Assembly: GCA_963721805.1 (NCBI GenBank)
Contig: CAVRJY010000001.1
Coordinates: 1,280,001-1,344,000 of the forward strand
From: Nitrospirota bacterium
GTDB taxonomy: Bacteria; Nitrospirota; Thermodesulfovibrionia; Thermodesulfovibrionales; JdFR-86
Length of the DNA: 64,000 nucleotides
Direction of reading: 5' to 3'
The notes beneath the pieces were generated by a model. It was given only the letters and a program-made list of their open reading frames with translations, was not told the origin of the DNA and did not search any database. The translations under genes and the position numbers were made by a program. Of this stretch, positions 20,928-30,191 are shown piece by piece. The number at the start of each line of letters is the position of its first letter. Positions within the stretch are counted from its first letter, which is position 1.

Positions 20928-21990
20928 GAAGCTTGAAAAGCTCGAGCTGCGCTACGAGGAGCTGACCAACCTGCTGATGTCGCCCGACATCATGGCCGAC
21001 ATGAAGAACTTCCAGAAGCTCTCGAAGGAGCAGGCCGACCTCTCGCCGCTCGTCGAGAAGCTCAGGGAATTTAAAAAGGTCTCCAATGACATGGAAGATG
21101 CGCGCGAGCTCATGTCCTCGGGTGACGAGGAGATGAAGACGCTCGCGCAGGCCGAGTTCGAGGAGCTGAAGGCCCGCAAGCCCGCGCTCGAAGACGAGCT
21201 GAAGCTCATGCTCATCCCCAAGGACCCGCGTGACGAGAAGAACGTCATACTCGAGATCCGCGCCGGGACCGGCGGCGACGAGGCCGCGCTCTTCGCCGCG
21301 ACCCTGTTTAGGATGTACAGCAAGTACGCCGAGGCCCGGAGGTGGAAGGTCGAGGTCGTCGACTCAAGCCCGACCGGCATCGGCGGGTTCAAGGAGATCA
21401 TCGCGACCATAGAGGGCAAGGGCGCATACAGCCGCCTGAAGTACGAAAGCGGCGTGCACCGCGTCCAGCGCGTACCGGCCACCGAGGCCTCGGGCCGCAT
21501 ACACACCTCGGCCGCTACCGTCGCCGTGCTGCCTGAGGTCGAGGACGTCGACGTGAAGATCGAGCAGAAGGACCTGCGTGTCGATACCTTCTGCGCCTCG
21601 GGACCGGGGGGGCAGGGCGTCAACACCACATATTCCGCGGTGCGCATCGTGCACATACCGACAGGCATCACGGTGCAGTGCCAGGACGAGCGGTCGCAGA
21701 TCAAAAACAGGGCGGTCGCGATGAAGGTGCTCCGCGCGAGGCTCTACGAGTCGCAGATCGAGGCGATAGAGAAGGAGCGCGCGCAGGACCGCAAGAGCCA
21801 GGTCGGCTCAGGCGACCGCTCCGAGCGCATACGCACCTATAACTTCCCGCAGACCCGCGTGACCGACCACCGTATAGGGCTGACGCTCTATAGGCTCAAC
21901 GCTGTGGTCGAGGGCGACCTTGACGAGATCATCGACGCGCTCGACGCCCACTACCAGACCGAGAAGATCAAGGACCTGCAAGGCGTCTGA
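20920..21990 (+). CDS. prfA: Peptide chain release factor 1
   Basis: [12 protein letters not shown] (PxT), [20 protein letters not shown]. Confidence 0.97.
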   Translation: MLEKLEKLELRYEELTNLLMSPDIMADMKNFQKLSKEQADLSPLVEKLREFKKVSNDMEDARELMSSGDEEMKTLAQAEFEELKARKPALEDELKLMLIPKDPRDEKNVILEIRAGTGGDEAALFAATLFRMYSKYAEARRWKVEVVDSSPTGIGGFKEIIATIEGKGAYSRLKYESGVHRVQRVPATEASGRIHTSAATVAVLPEVEDVDVKIEQKDLRVDTFCASGPGGQGVNTTYSAVRIVHIPTGITVQCQDERSQIKNRAVAMKVLRARLYESQIEAIEKERAQDRKSQVGSGDRSERIRTYNFPQTRVTDHRIGLTLYRLNAVVEGDLDEIIDALDAHYQTEKIKDLQGV

Positions 21991-21995
21991 GCCCG

Positions 21996-22859
21996 GTGGA
22001 CGCCCGGAGCCTGATAAGCCTGGGGGCCGCTAGGCTCATGGCAGCCGGCATCGGCGAGGCCAGCCGCGAGGCCGAACTCCTTTTCCTTCACGCAACCCAG
22101 ATTCAGCGCGTGGCCCTCTACCGCGACAACCCCGATGTCCCATCCGCGAATGCAGAAGCATACGTTGCCCTAATCAAGCGGCGCGCGAGCCGCGAGCCTA
22201 TGTACTACATCCTGGGAGAGGTCGGGTTTATGGGGCTGCGGCTCCGGGTCGGGCCCGGGGTGCTCGTGCCGAGGCCGGAGACCGAGCTGCTCGTCGAGGA
22301 GGCCCTGCGGCTGATTGCCCCCATGCGCCACCCGCACGTGCTCGACCTCTGCACCGGAAGCGGCGCGATTGCGCTCGCGATAGCCCACGCATTGCCCGCG
22401 GCCGAGCTCACCGCGACCGAGCTATCGGCCGACGCGCTCGCCTATGCCAAGGCCTCGGCGCGGATAAACAAGATCGACAACGTGAGGTTCCTCGAGGGGC
22501 ACCTGTTCGTCCCCGTCGCGGGCATGAAGTTTGAGCTGATCGTCTCAAACCCGCCATACATACCCGCCGCAGAGATAGCCTCGCTCGAGCCGGAGGTAAG
22601 CGTCTGGGAGCCGCGCGAGGCGCTCGACGGGGGCCCGGACGGGCTCGACTTCTACCGCGAGATTCTGACAGGCGCGCTGTGCTATCTCGACCCTCCCGGT
22701 ATCGTGATGCTCGAGCTCGGCGCCGGACAGTCCGGTGCGGTAGCCTCCATAGCGGCCTCGGCTGGGCAGTACGGCAAGCCCGAGTTCGTCCGCGACCTCG
22801 CGGGCCACGAACGCATCGCGATACTGAGGCTCGGCCGAGACCCCCTTAAGTGCAATTAG
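21996..22859 (+). CDS. prmC: Release factor glutamine methyltransferase
   Basis: VPRPETE, DLCTGSG, SNPPY; follows prfA. Confidence 0.95.
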   Translation: MDARSLISLGAARLMAAGIGEASREAELLFLHATQIQRVALYRDNPDVPSANAEAYVALIKRRASREPMYYILGEVGFMGLRLRVGPGVLVPRPETELLVEEALRLIAPMRHPHVLDLCTGSGAIALAIAHALPAAELTATELSADALAYAKASARINKIDNVRFLEGHLFVPVAGMKFELIVSNPPYIPAAEIASLEPEVSVWEPREALDGGPDGLDFYREILTGALCYLDPPGIVMLELGAGQSGAVASIAASAGQYGKPEFVRDLAGHERIAILRLGRDPLKCN

Positions 22860-22896
22860 TTTGCTTAGACGAATATTTTAGTCTAAGATATATGGC

Positions 22897-23526
22897 ATGT
22901 TAGAGCTATCGTCCAGAAAGATCATGATCGCCTGCATGTTGCTGGTCCTGCTCGCGCCGCGCCATGCGCTGGCCGGGCTCATAGAGGACCTCGGCGCGCG
23001 CCAAAAGGGGCTCGCGTCGATCACCGCGACGTTCGACCAGGAGAAGCACACGGAGCTGCTGGGCCGTCCGATCAAGAACCGCGGCAAGATCTATTTCAAG
23101 GCCGGCGCGGGCGTCAGGTGGGAGTATGACGGAAAGATGCTGGTCATATACGACGGGAAGTCCGTCTACCTCCATTACCCCGAGCTCGGGGAGGCCGACA
23201 AGGTCACTGGGGCCTCTGAGTACATAGGCCCGCTTACGTTCGACATCCCGACGCTCGTCAGGGACTACAAGGTCGACGCCGTGCGCTCGGGGAAGGATAT
23301 AGTGCTGGACCTGCGGCCCAAAAAGCGGATGCCCTTTGCCTCGATGCGCATGACGTTCGGGCCAGAGGACGCCTTCCCGCGCGAGATCACCGTGACCGAG
23401 GAGAGCGGCGACAGCACGGCGATCCGCTTCCATGACATAAAGAAGAACGCTCCGCTTAGCGGCTCGCTGTTCGTATTCACCCCGCCGTCCGGCCTCAAGG
23501 TAAGGGAGCGCGGGTTTGGAAGATAA
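22897..23526 (+). CDS. lolA: Outer-membrane lipoprotein carrier LolA family protein
   Basis: Signal peptide, ATFDQ, VRWEY, IYDGK, LFVFTPP. Confidence 0.75.
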   Translation: MLELSSRKIMIACMLLVLLAPRHALAGLIEDLGARQKGLASITATFDQEKHTELLGRPIKNRGKIYFKAGAGVRWEYDGKMLVIYDGKSVYLHYPELGEADKVTGASEYIGPLTFDIPTLVRDYKVDAVRSGKDIVLDLRPKKRMPFASMRMTFGPEDAFPREITVTEESGDSTAIRFHDIKKNAPLSGSLFVFTPPSGLKVRERGFGR

Positions 23527-24940
23527 CAGGTGTTCCGTGCCGGCGGTGGATAAGCCCTACCGCGGCATAAGCGGGATAGGCGATATCAAGAGCGCCGCGG
23601 CGGTCACGTTCGGGGCGGCCCGCGACGATTTCATGGACTCGGTAACGCGGCTCCTGCACGCCGGGTGCGTCGCGCTTCAGGGCGGCCCTGCCACAGCGGA
23701 GGCCATAGTCTCGGCCGGGCCCGACCTCGTCCTGATCGGCCCGGCTGACAGGGCCTCGGACGCAGTGAAATTCGCGCTCTGCCGTGAACTGAGAGAACGC
23801 GCATACAACGGCATCGTGGTCCTGGTCACGAGCGACACGGCGTATGGCGGCGGCACCTCGGGCATCACCGGGGCGGGGTTTGACAACTACCTCCTCGTGG
23901 GCGAGCCGCCCGGCGAGATAGCGGACTCGCTTAACTGGGCCATCCTTAACCGCAAGAGAAAAAATAAGTACATAGTGCAGTTCGACTGCAATCCGGACTC
24001 CATCTATACGATAGATTCCTCGGGCCGCGTCTACGACATTAACGCGGTGGCGGCCGGGGGCTCGGGGTTCACCCCGCGCCAGATCGTCACGGGCGGGATC
24101 AACGTCAGGGAGATCGGCACCCTGGGCTGTTTCGAGGCGCAGATCATGCCCTCGATCACGCTGCAGAACGTCGGCAGGTCGTTCACGATGATGGTCGAGG
24201 ACGACAACCGCATCTTCCAGGTCAAGGCCGGCATACACAACGTCGTGACCATCGGGCTCGTGGCCGCGGTGATAAAGACCGACATCACGCGCGCGATCTA
24301 CGGGCGCACGATGGACATACTCGCAAACTCGATCACGATGCTCTCGGAGCGCGACAACTACACCGCAGGCCACTCGGCGCGCGTGTTCCACTACGTCCGC
24401 CGGATATCGGAGCAGATGGGCCTGGGCCATCAGGCCAAGGTGATAAGGCCGCTCTATTTCTCCTCCCTCCTGCACGACATCGGCAAGGTCGGGGTCAGGG
24501 ACGCGGTGCTCCTGAAGCCGGACAAGCTCGACGCGGCGGAGTTCCGGGAGCTCGCGACGCATTGCGAAAAGGGTGCGAAGATGCTCGAGCACTACGTGTT
24601 TCTGAAGGACTGCCTGCACGTCGTACGCTCGCACCACGAGCGGCCTGACGGCCGCGGATACCCGGACAGCCTCACCGGGGATGCGATCCCGCTGGGCTCG
24701 CTTATAATCGGGGTCGCGGACGGCTTCGACGCCATGACATCGACGCGGCCCTACCGCAAGGCAATGTCATACGAGCAGGCGATTGCCGAGATAAAGGACA
24801 ATCTCGGCGGACAGTTCCACGTCGAACCTGCGCGCGCGTTCCTGTCGCTTATCACCCCGCGGCTCATGGGAGAGGTGGCGGAGCTTTCCGATAAGCCCTT
24901 CATCTCGCTTACGCAGGAACTCCTCGACATGTTCACGTAG
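23516..24940 (+). CDS. HD-GYP phosphodiesterase with degenerate receiver-like and PAS-like N-terminal regions
   Basis: YTAGHSARV, LHDIGK, HHERPDGRGYP, ADGFDAMTSTRPYR. Confidence 0.88.
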   Translation: MEDNRCSVPAVDKPYRGISGIGDIKSAAAVTFGAARDDFMDSVTRLLHAGCVALQGGPATAEAIVSAGPDLVLIGPADRASDAVKFALCRELRERAYNGIVVLVTSDTAYGGGTSGITGAGFDNYLLVGEPPGEIADSLNWAILNRKRKNKYIVQFDCNPDSIYTIDSSGRVYDINAVAAGGSGFTPRQIVTGGINVREIGTLGCFEAQIMPSITLQNVGRSFTMMVEDDNRIFQVKAGIHNVVTIGLVAAVIKTDITRAIYGRTMDILANSITMLSERDNYTAGHSARVFHYVRRISEQMGLGHQAKVIRPLYFSSLLHDIGKVGVRDAVLLKPDKLDAAEFRELATHCEKGAKMLEHYVFLKDCLHVVRSHHERPDGRGYPDSLTGDAIPLGSLIIGVADGFDAMTSTRPYRKAMSYEQAIAEIKDNLGGQFHVEPARAFLSLITPRLMGEVAELSDKPFISLTQELLDMFT

Positions 24941-25009
24941 TCTTGCAATCCCCCGGCGCGAGGCACTATCCTATATCCCTGTATACCTTAACCCACGGAG
25001 GTCTTTTTT

Positions 25010-26698
25010 ATGCGTTTTTCGAAGCTCTTTGTCCCGACTCTCAGGGAGGTGCCCTCGGATGCCGAGGCCATAAGCCACAAGCTCCTGCTGAGGGCCGGTT
25101 TCGTCCGCCAGCTCTCGGCCGGGCTCTATATCTACCTTCCGCTCGGGGTGCGCGTGCTGGAGCGCGTCTACCGGATCATCCGCGAGGAGATGCGGGCCAT
25201 TGGCGCGCAGGAGGTCACGATGCCGGTGCTGCATCCGGCCGAGATATGGCAGCGCACCGGGCGCTGGGACGCTATAGGGGACGAGATGTTCAGGCTCAAG
25301 GACCGCGCGGGCAGGGACATGTGCCTCGGGATGACGCACGAGGAGATCATGACCTGGATGGCCTCGCAGGAGGTGCGCTCATACCGCGACCTGCCGCAGG
25401 TCTGGTATCAGCTCCAGACGAAGCTCCGCGATGAGGCCCGCCCGAAAAGCGGCATACTGCGCACGCGCGAGTTCGTGATGAAGGACAGCTACAGCTTCGA
25501 CCGCGACGAGCAGGGGCTCGACGAAAACTACAGACTCCACATCGGGGCATACGACAAGATCTTCTCGCGCTGCGGCATCAGGTTTCACAGGGTGCAGTCC
25601 GACACCGGGATGATGGGCGGCCTCGGCGCGCACGAGTACATGGGCCCGAGCCCGGCCGGCGAGGACACGATAGTGCTCTGTGACGGATGCGGATATGCCG
25701 CTAACGTCGAACTTGCGGTATCGGTTCCTGAGAACGTCGGGTGCCCGGAGATGCAGTACGAAGAGGTCCATACCCCGAACCGCCGCACCGTGGCCGAGGT
25801 CTCGAACTTCCTGAAGCTCAAGCCGGGCTGCTTCATCAAGAGCCTGCTGCTGATAACCGATGCCCATGGCCCGGTGCTCGCGCTCGTCCGCGGCGACCAC
25901 GAGCTGCACGAAAAGAAGATGACGAAGGTCGTACAGAGCACATTTCGTCCTGCGCGAAAAGAGGAGGTCCGTGACCTCTTAGGAGTCGAGGCCGGGTTCA
26001 TCGGCCCTCAGGACCACACGCTGCGCATCATAGCTGACGAGAGCCTGCGCGGAGGGACGTTCGTGGCCGGGGCGAACAAGCCTGACTATCACATCAAGGG
26101 CATCAGGGCCGACGAGCACTTCAAGGCAGAATGGGCCGACATCCGCACCGCGAAGGATGGAGAGACTTGCACGGCTTGCGGGGCGAAACTTAAATTTGAG
26201 ACCGCGATAGAGATCGGCAACATCTTCAAGCTCGGGACGAAATACTCCGAGGCCCTGGGCGCGAACTTCCTCGACGAGGACGGGCAGGAAAAACCCATCG
26301 TGATGGGCAGCTACGGCATCGGCCCTGCGCGCATCGCTGCCGCGGCCGTAGAGCAGAACTTCGACAAGGACGGCATCATATGGCCCCGCGCCATCGCGCC
26401 CTTCGACATCGAGGTGATCCCGCTTAACATCGCCGATGAACAGTCAGTCGAGCTCGCGGCGATGATATACGAACGCCTCACGGTTGCGGGGCTCGAGGTC
26501 CTGATGGACGACCGCGACCTGCGCGCGGGGGTGAAGTTCAAGGACGCCGACCTGATCGGCATACCCACGCATATCGTGATCGGGGAGAAGACCCTCAAGG
26601 AGGGGCTCATCGAGCTTAAGGACCGCAGGTCGCGCGCGGTCGAGAAGCTCACGCCCGAGGACGTGATCGCCAAGGTGTTGAAGGATGCAGGGAAATAA
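25010..26698 (+). CDS. proS: Proline--tRNA ligase (bacterial type with editing insertion)
   Basis: SHKLLLRAG, RDEARP, REFVMKDSYSF, GNIFKLGTKYS, MGSYGIG. Confidence 0.97.
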   Translation: MRFSKLFVPTLREVPSDAEAISHKLLLRAGFVRQLSAGLYIYLPLGVRVLERVYRIIREEMRAIGAQEVTMPVLHPAEIWQRTGRWDAIGDEMFRLKDRAGRDMCLGMTHEEIMTWMASQEVRSYRDLPQVWYQLQTKLRDEARPKSGILRTREFVMKDSYSFDRDEQGLDENYRLHIGAYDKIFSRCGIRFHRVQSDTGMMGGLGAHEYMGPSPAGEDTIVLCDGCGYAANVELAVSVPENVGCPEMQYEEVHTPNRRTVAEVSNFLKLKPGCFIKSLLLITDAHGPVLALVRGDHELHEKKMTKVVQSTFRPARKEEVRDLLGVEAGFIGPQDHTLRIIADESLRGGTFVAGANKPDYHIKGIRADEHFKAEWADIRTAKDGETCTACGAKLKFETAIEIGNIFKLGTKYSEALGANFLDEDGQEKPIVMGSYGIGPARIAAAAVEQNFDKDGIIWPRAIAPFDIEVIPLNIADEQSVELAAMIYERLTVAGLEVLMDDRDLRAGVKFKDADLIGIPTHIVIGEKTLKEGLIELKDRRSRAVEKLTPEDVIAKVLKDAGK

Positions 26699-28007
26699 GC
26701 AGACCGTCGACCTCATAGCGCGGGGCCGATGGGTCCTGACGATGGACGAGGGCGGCCCGGTCAAGGACTGTGCGGTCGCGGTCGATAAGGGCGTTATAGT
26801 GGACGTGGGGCCGATCCCGGCCATCGACGCGCTATACGATTCGACCGATACGATAGGCGGGCCGGACTGCTTCGTGATGCCCGGCATGGTCAACAGCCAT
26901 ACGCACTCTCCGATGGCGCTCCTGCGCGGCATAGCGGACGACCTCCCGCTGATGGAGTGGCTCGAACGCCACATCTGGCCGGCCGAGGACGCGTGGCTCA
27001 GCGAGGAGTTCGTGCATGACGCAACCGAGCTTGCTGTATTGGAGATGCTCACCTCGGGCGTGACCGCGTGCTCTGACATGTACTTTTTCCAGGACGCGAC
27101 CGCCAAGGTGATGAAGCGCCTTGGGATGAGGGCCGTGCTCGGCGCGGGGGTGATAGACTTCCCGACCAAGACCACGACAGGCCCGGACGACTGCATCGCG
27201 CGCGCCGCGGATTTCATCGCGCGCTGGAAGGGCGACCGCCTGATCACGCCATCTATCGCGGTGCACTCGGCATACACCTGCGGCCCGGATACGCTTAAGA
27301 AGTCCATGGAGCTTGCGCAGCGCGAGGGTGTGCTCTTACAGATCCACCTCAGCGAGACCGAGTGGGAGGTCGGGGAGATTCAGTCCCGCTATGGCAGACG
27401 CCCGGCGCTTCACCTCGACAGCCTCGGCGTGCTCAACGACAACCTCCTCGCCGCGCATTGCGTATGGCTTAGCGACGAGGAGATTGCCCTTATGGCAGAG
27501 CGCGGGGCGCGCGTGGCGCACTGCATCGAGAGCAACCTGAAGCTCGCCTCCGGCGTCGCGCCGATCCCCAAGATGCTGAGGGCGGGCATAACCATCGGCC
27601 TTGGCACGGACGGCGCCGCGAGCAACAACGACCTCTGCGTGCTCGGCGAGGCGCAGACCGTTTCGAAGGTCCATAAGGCGGTATGGAAGGACCCTACAGC
27701 GATGGACGCCAATACAGTGATCAGGATGGCGACGCGTGATGGGGCAAAGGCCATCGGGCTGCCGCAGTGCGGTCATATCGCGAAGGGCGCATGCGCCGAT
27801 ATAATCACGGTCGATCTGATGAGGCCCCACATGGTGCCGATGTATAACCTGCCCTCGCAGATCATATACGCGATGGAGGCCTCGGACGTGCGCGACGTGG
27901 TGGTCGACGGGAAGGTCGTGGTCAGGGCCGGGCGGCTGGTGAACGCGGATCAGATGGAGATCATACTGAAAGCCCAGGCCTGGGGCGAGAGGATCAAGAA
28001 GGCGTAG
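26685..28007 (+). CDS. mtaD: Amidohydrolase, MTA/SAH deaminase-like
   Basis: NSHTH, DMYF, HSAYTC, HLSET, AHCV, SNLKLASG, GTDGAASNN. Confidence 0.8.
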   Translation: MQGNKQTVDLIARGRWVLTMDEGGPVKDCAVAVDKGVIVDVGPIPAIDALYDSTDTIGGPDCFVMPGMVNSHTHSPMALLRGIADDLPLMEWLERHIWPAEDAWLSEEFVHDATELAVLEMLTSGVTACSDMYFFQDATAKVMKRLGMRAVLGAGVIDFPTKTTTGPDDCIARAADFIARWKGDRLITPSIAVHSAYTCGPDTLKKSMELAQREGVLLQIHLSETEWEVGEIQSRYGRRPALHLDSLGVLNDNLLAAHCVWLSDEEIALMAERGARVAHCIESNLKLASGVAPIPKMLRAGITIGLGTDGAASNNDLCVLGEAQTVSKVHKAVWKDPTAMDANTVIRMATRDGAKAIGLPQCGHIAKGACADIITVDLMRPHMVPMYNLPSQIIYAMEASDVRDVVVDGKVVVRAGRLVNADQMEIILKAQAWGERIKKA

Positions 28008-28010
28008 ATT

Positions 28011-28997
28011 TTGATGCCCCACATGAAACCAACATACATTCAGCTTTACCCTACGCTTCGCTGCACGCAGAACTGCACGTTTTGCTTTAACTGGAGCATG
28101 GCACCGCATGGTGCCGACATGTCTTATGATAGTGCCTTGCGGTTGATCGACAAGGCGCTTGAGCACTCGATATCGAGCATCGATATCATGGGCGGCGAGC
28201 CATTTTTGCTTCAGTGGATGCCGCGCTTCATCGCAAACGCACTGGGCCGTGGGATAGCCGTAAATGTCAGCACAAACGGAAGTCTCCCGGATGCATTAAA
28301 AGGCCTGCGCGGCCTGTCGGGGCACCCCCTCCAAGTAGGCGTTTCACTCCAGGGCGCAAGCCCATCCGCCCATGCCGCGCTTTCCGGCTCTGACAACTTC
28401 GGCCTCGCGCTTGAGAGCATCAGGACGTGTCAATCAATCGGGCTTGAGCCAATCGTAAAGACGGTTGTCAGCCGCTGCAATGTGAGCGAGATCGAAGGCA
28501 TCGCCGCGCTGCTTAAGGGCCTTGGAGTGAGGCGCTATAACCTGATCCACATGGATGCGCTTGGCCCGGTCGAGGACTCCTCGACGTATTCATACCCGGA
28601 GTTTATCGAGATCCACCGGCGGGCAGCATGCGCGGGCATCGAGATCGGCAAGGTGCACGCATCGTGTTTCGATCTCGCGGGGCTTGGCGGCACACTGAGG
28701 TGCGCGGGTGGCTCGCGAAAGCTCCTTGTGATGCCGGACGGTACGGTATACCCATGCAACCTGCTGGTGAACGTGGAGGGTTTCAGACTTGGCAATATAT
28801 TTGATGACCAGTACGAGGCGATGATCAACAGCGAGGCGCTCGTCCCGCTTAAGAGGTTTTCCGCGGACAACCATTGCGGCCGCATGGATTGCGGCAATCA
28901 TCGAAACTGCACCGGCGGATGTCCGGCCCACTTGTACACGCATGGGTATTCAATCGATGCGGGCGATCCCCGATGTATGCGTCTTAGCCGTACTTGA
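28011..28997 (+). CDS. Radical SAM/SPASM domain protein
   Basis: CTQNCTFC, GGEP, CAGG...YPC...CGRMDC...CTGGC. Confidence 0.88.
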   Translation: MMPHMKPTYIQLYPTLRCTQNCTFCFNWSMAPHGADMSYDSALRLIDKALEHSISSIDIMGGEPFLLQWMPRFIANALGRGIAVNVSTNGSLPDALKGLRGLSGHPLQVGVSLQGASPSAHAALSGSDNFGLALESIRTCQSIGLEPIVKTVVSRCNVSEIEGIAALLKGLGVRRYNLIHMDALGPVEDSSTYSYPEFIEIHRRAACAGIEIGKVHASCFDLAGLGGTLRCAGGSRKLLVMPDGTVYPCNLLVNVEGFRLGNIFDDQYEAMINSEALVPLKRFSADNHCGRMDCGNHRNCTGGCPAHLYTHGYSIDAGDPRCMRLSRT

Positions 28998-29238
28998 GCT
29001 TCAGATACAGCAGGTAGCACGACAGCACGAACGTAGTGGAGTTTGCGGCGATTATCGGCGACGAATGGAGCATGATCCCGTAGACCGCCCAAAGCCCGAT
29101 GCCGAGCGTGAGCATGACCAGCATCATCAGCGAGAGGTCCTTGGTGTGCCTGCTCTTGTGGGCCTTGATGACCTGCGGGACGTATGAGACGGTCGTGCAG
29201 AATGCGGCCACTATGCCGACCGTAAATAACGCATCCAT
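28984..29238 (-). CDS. SemiSWEET (PQ-loop) transporter
   Basis: 84 aa, three TMs, TTVSYVPQVIK...TKDLS...LWAVYG. Confidence 0.88.
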   Translation of the reverse strand: MDALFTVGIVAAFCTTVSYVPQVIKAHKSRHTKDLSLMMLVMLTLGIGLWAVYGIMLHSSPIIAANSTTFVLSCYLLYLKLKYG

Positions 29239-29831
29239 CAGAGCTTCCGGCGGCCTTCCAGGGATTTTCTGAGCGTGACCTCGTCAGCGAACTCTATGTC
29301 CCCGCCCATCGGCAGGCCGTAAGCGATACGCGTGACCTCGACCTGAAGCCCGGCGAGCGCCTCTTTCAGGTACTGCGCGGTCATCTCGCCCTTGGAGTTC
29401 GGGTTGGTGGCAATGATCACCTCTTCGATGCCGCCGTCTTTCACGCGTCGGATGAGCTCAGCGATCTTGAGTTTGTCGGGCGTGATGCCGTCTATGGGCG
29501 AGAGAGCGCCGAGCAGGACGTGATACCTACCGCGGAACGAGCCCGAGCGCTCGATCACGCTGATGTTGCTCGGCTCCTCGACCACGCAGATCTGTCTGGC
29601 GTTGCGCGAGGGATCGGAGCATATCGAGCAGACCTCGGCCTCGGTGATATTAAAGCAGATGGAGCAGAACCGGGCGTTGTCCTTGACGTCGATGATCGCA
29701 TTGGCGATGGCCTTGGCCTCATTCGTGGGCATCGCGAGCACAAAAAACGCGAGCCTCTGGGCGGTCTTTCTGCCGATGCCCGGAAGCTTCATGAACTGCT
29801 CTGTAAGGTTTTCGATGATGCCGGTAGCCAT
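29238..29831 (-). CDS. recR: Recombination mediator RecR
   Basis: LPGIGRKTAQRLA, C4 zinc finger, Toprim VVE, YHVL. Confidence 0.97.
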   Translation of the reverse strand: MATGIIENLTEQFMKLPGIGRKTAQRLAFFVLAMPTNEAKAIANAIIDVKDNARFCSICFNITEAEVCSICSDPSRNARQICVVEEPSNISVIERSGSFRGRYHVLLGALSPIDGITPDKLKIAELIRRVKDGGIEEVIIATNPNSKGEMTAQYLKEALAGLQVEVTRIAYGLPMGGDIEFADEVTLRKSLEGRRKL

Positions 29832-29840
29832 GAGCTCGAT

Positions 29841-30179
29841 CTAGCCTAAAAGGTCCCCAAGGCCGCCCATGCCCGGAATCTGGAGCCCTCCGGTGAGCTT
29901 CGACATCTCGGCCGCCACCATCTCGCGGCTGCGGCGCAGGGCCTCGTTAGTGGCCGCGAGTACGAGGTCCTGGAGCATCTCGACGTCATTGGGGTCGACG
30001 ACGTCCTTCTCGATCTTGATCGATATGACCTCGCCCGCTCCGCTTGCAACGACCGTGACCATGCCGCCGCCTGCGGTGGCCTCTACGGTCTTATTCTTGG
30101 CCTCTTCCTGCATGCGGGCCATCTCGGCCTGGAGCTTCTGGGCCTGCTGCATTATGTTACCGAGCATTTTCTTGGACAT
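29841..30179 (-). CDS. ybaB: Nucleoid-associated protein YbaB/EbfC
   Basis: QAQKLQ, AGGGMV, EMLQDL; between dnaX and recR. Confidence 0.95.
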   Translation of the reverse strand: MSKKMLGNIMQQAQKLQAEMARMQEEAKNKTVEATAGGGMVTVVASGAGEVISIKIEKDVVDPNDVEMLQDLVLAATNEALRRSREMVAAEMSKLTGGLQIPGMGGLGDLLG

Positions 30180-30191
30180 GGGTTCTCCTTA

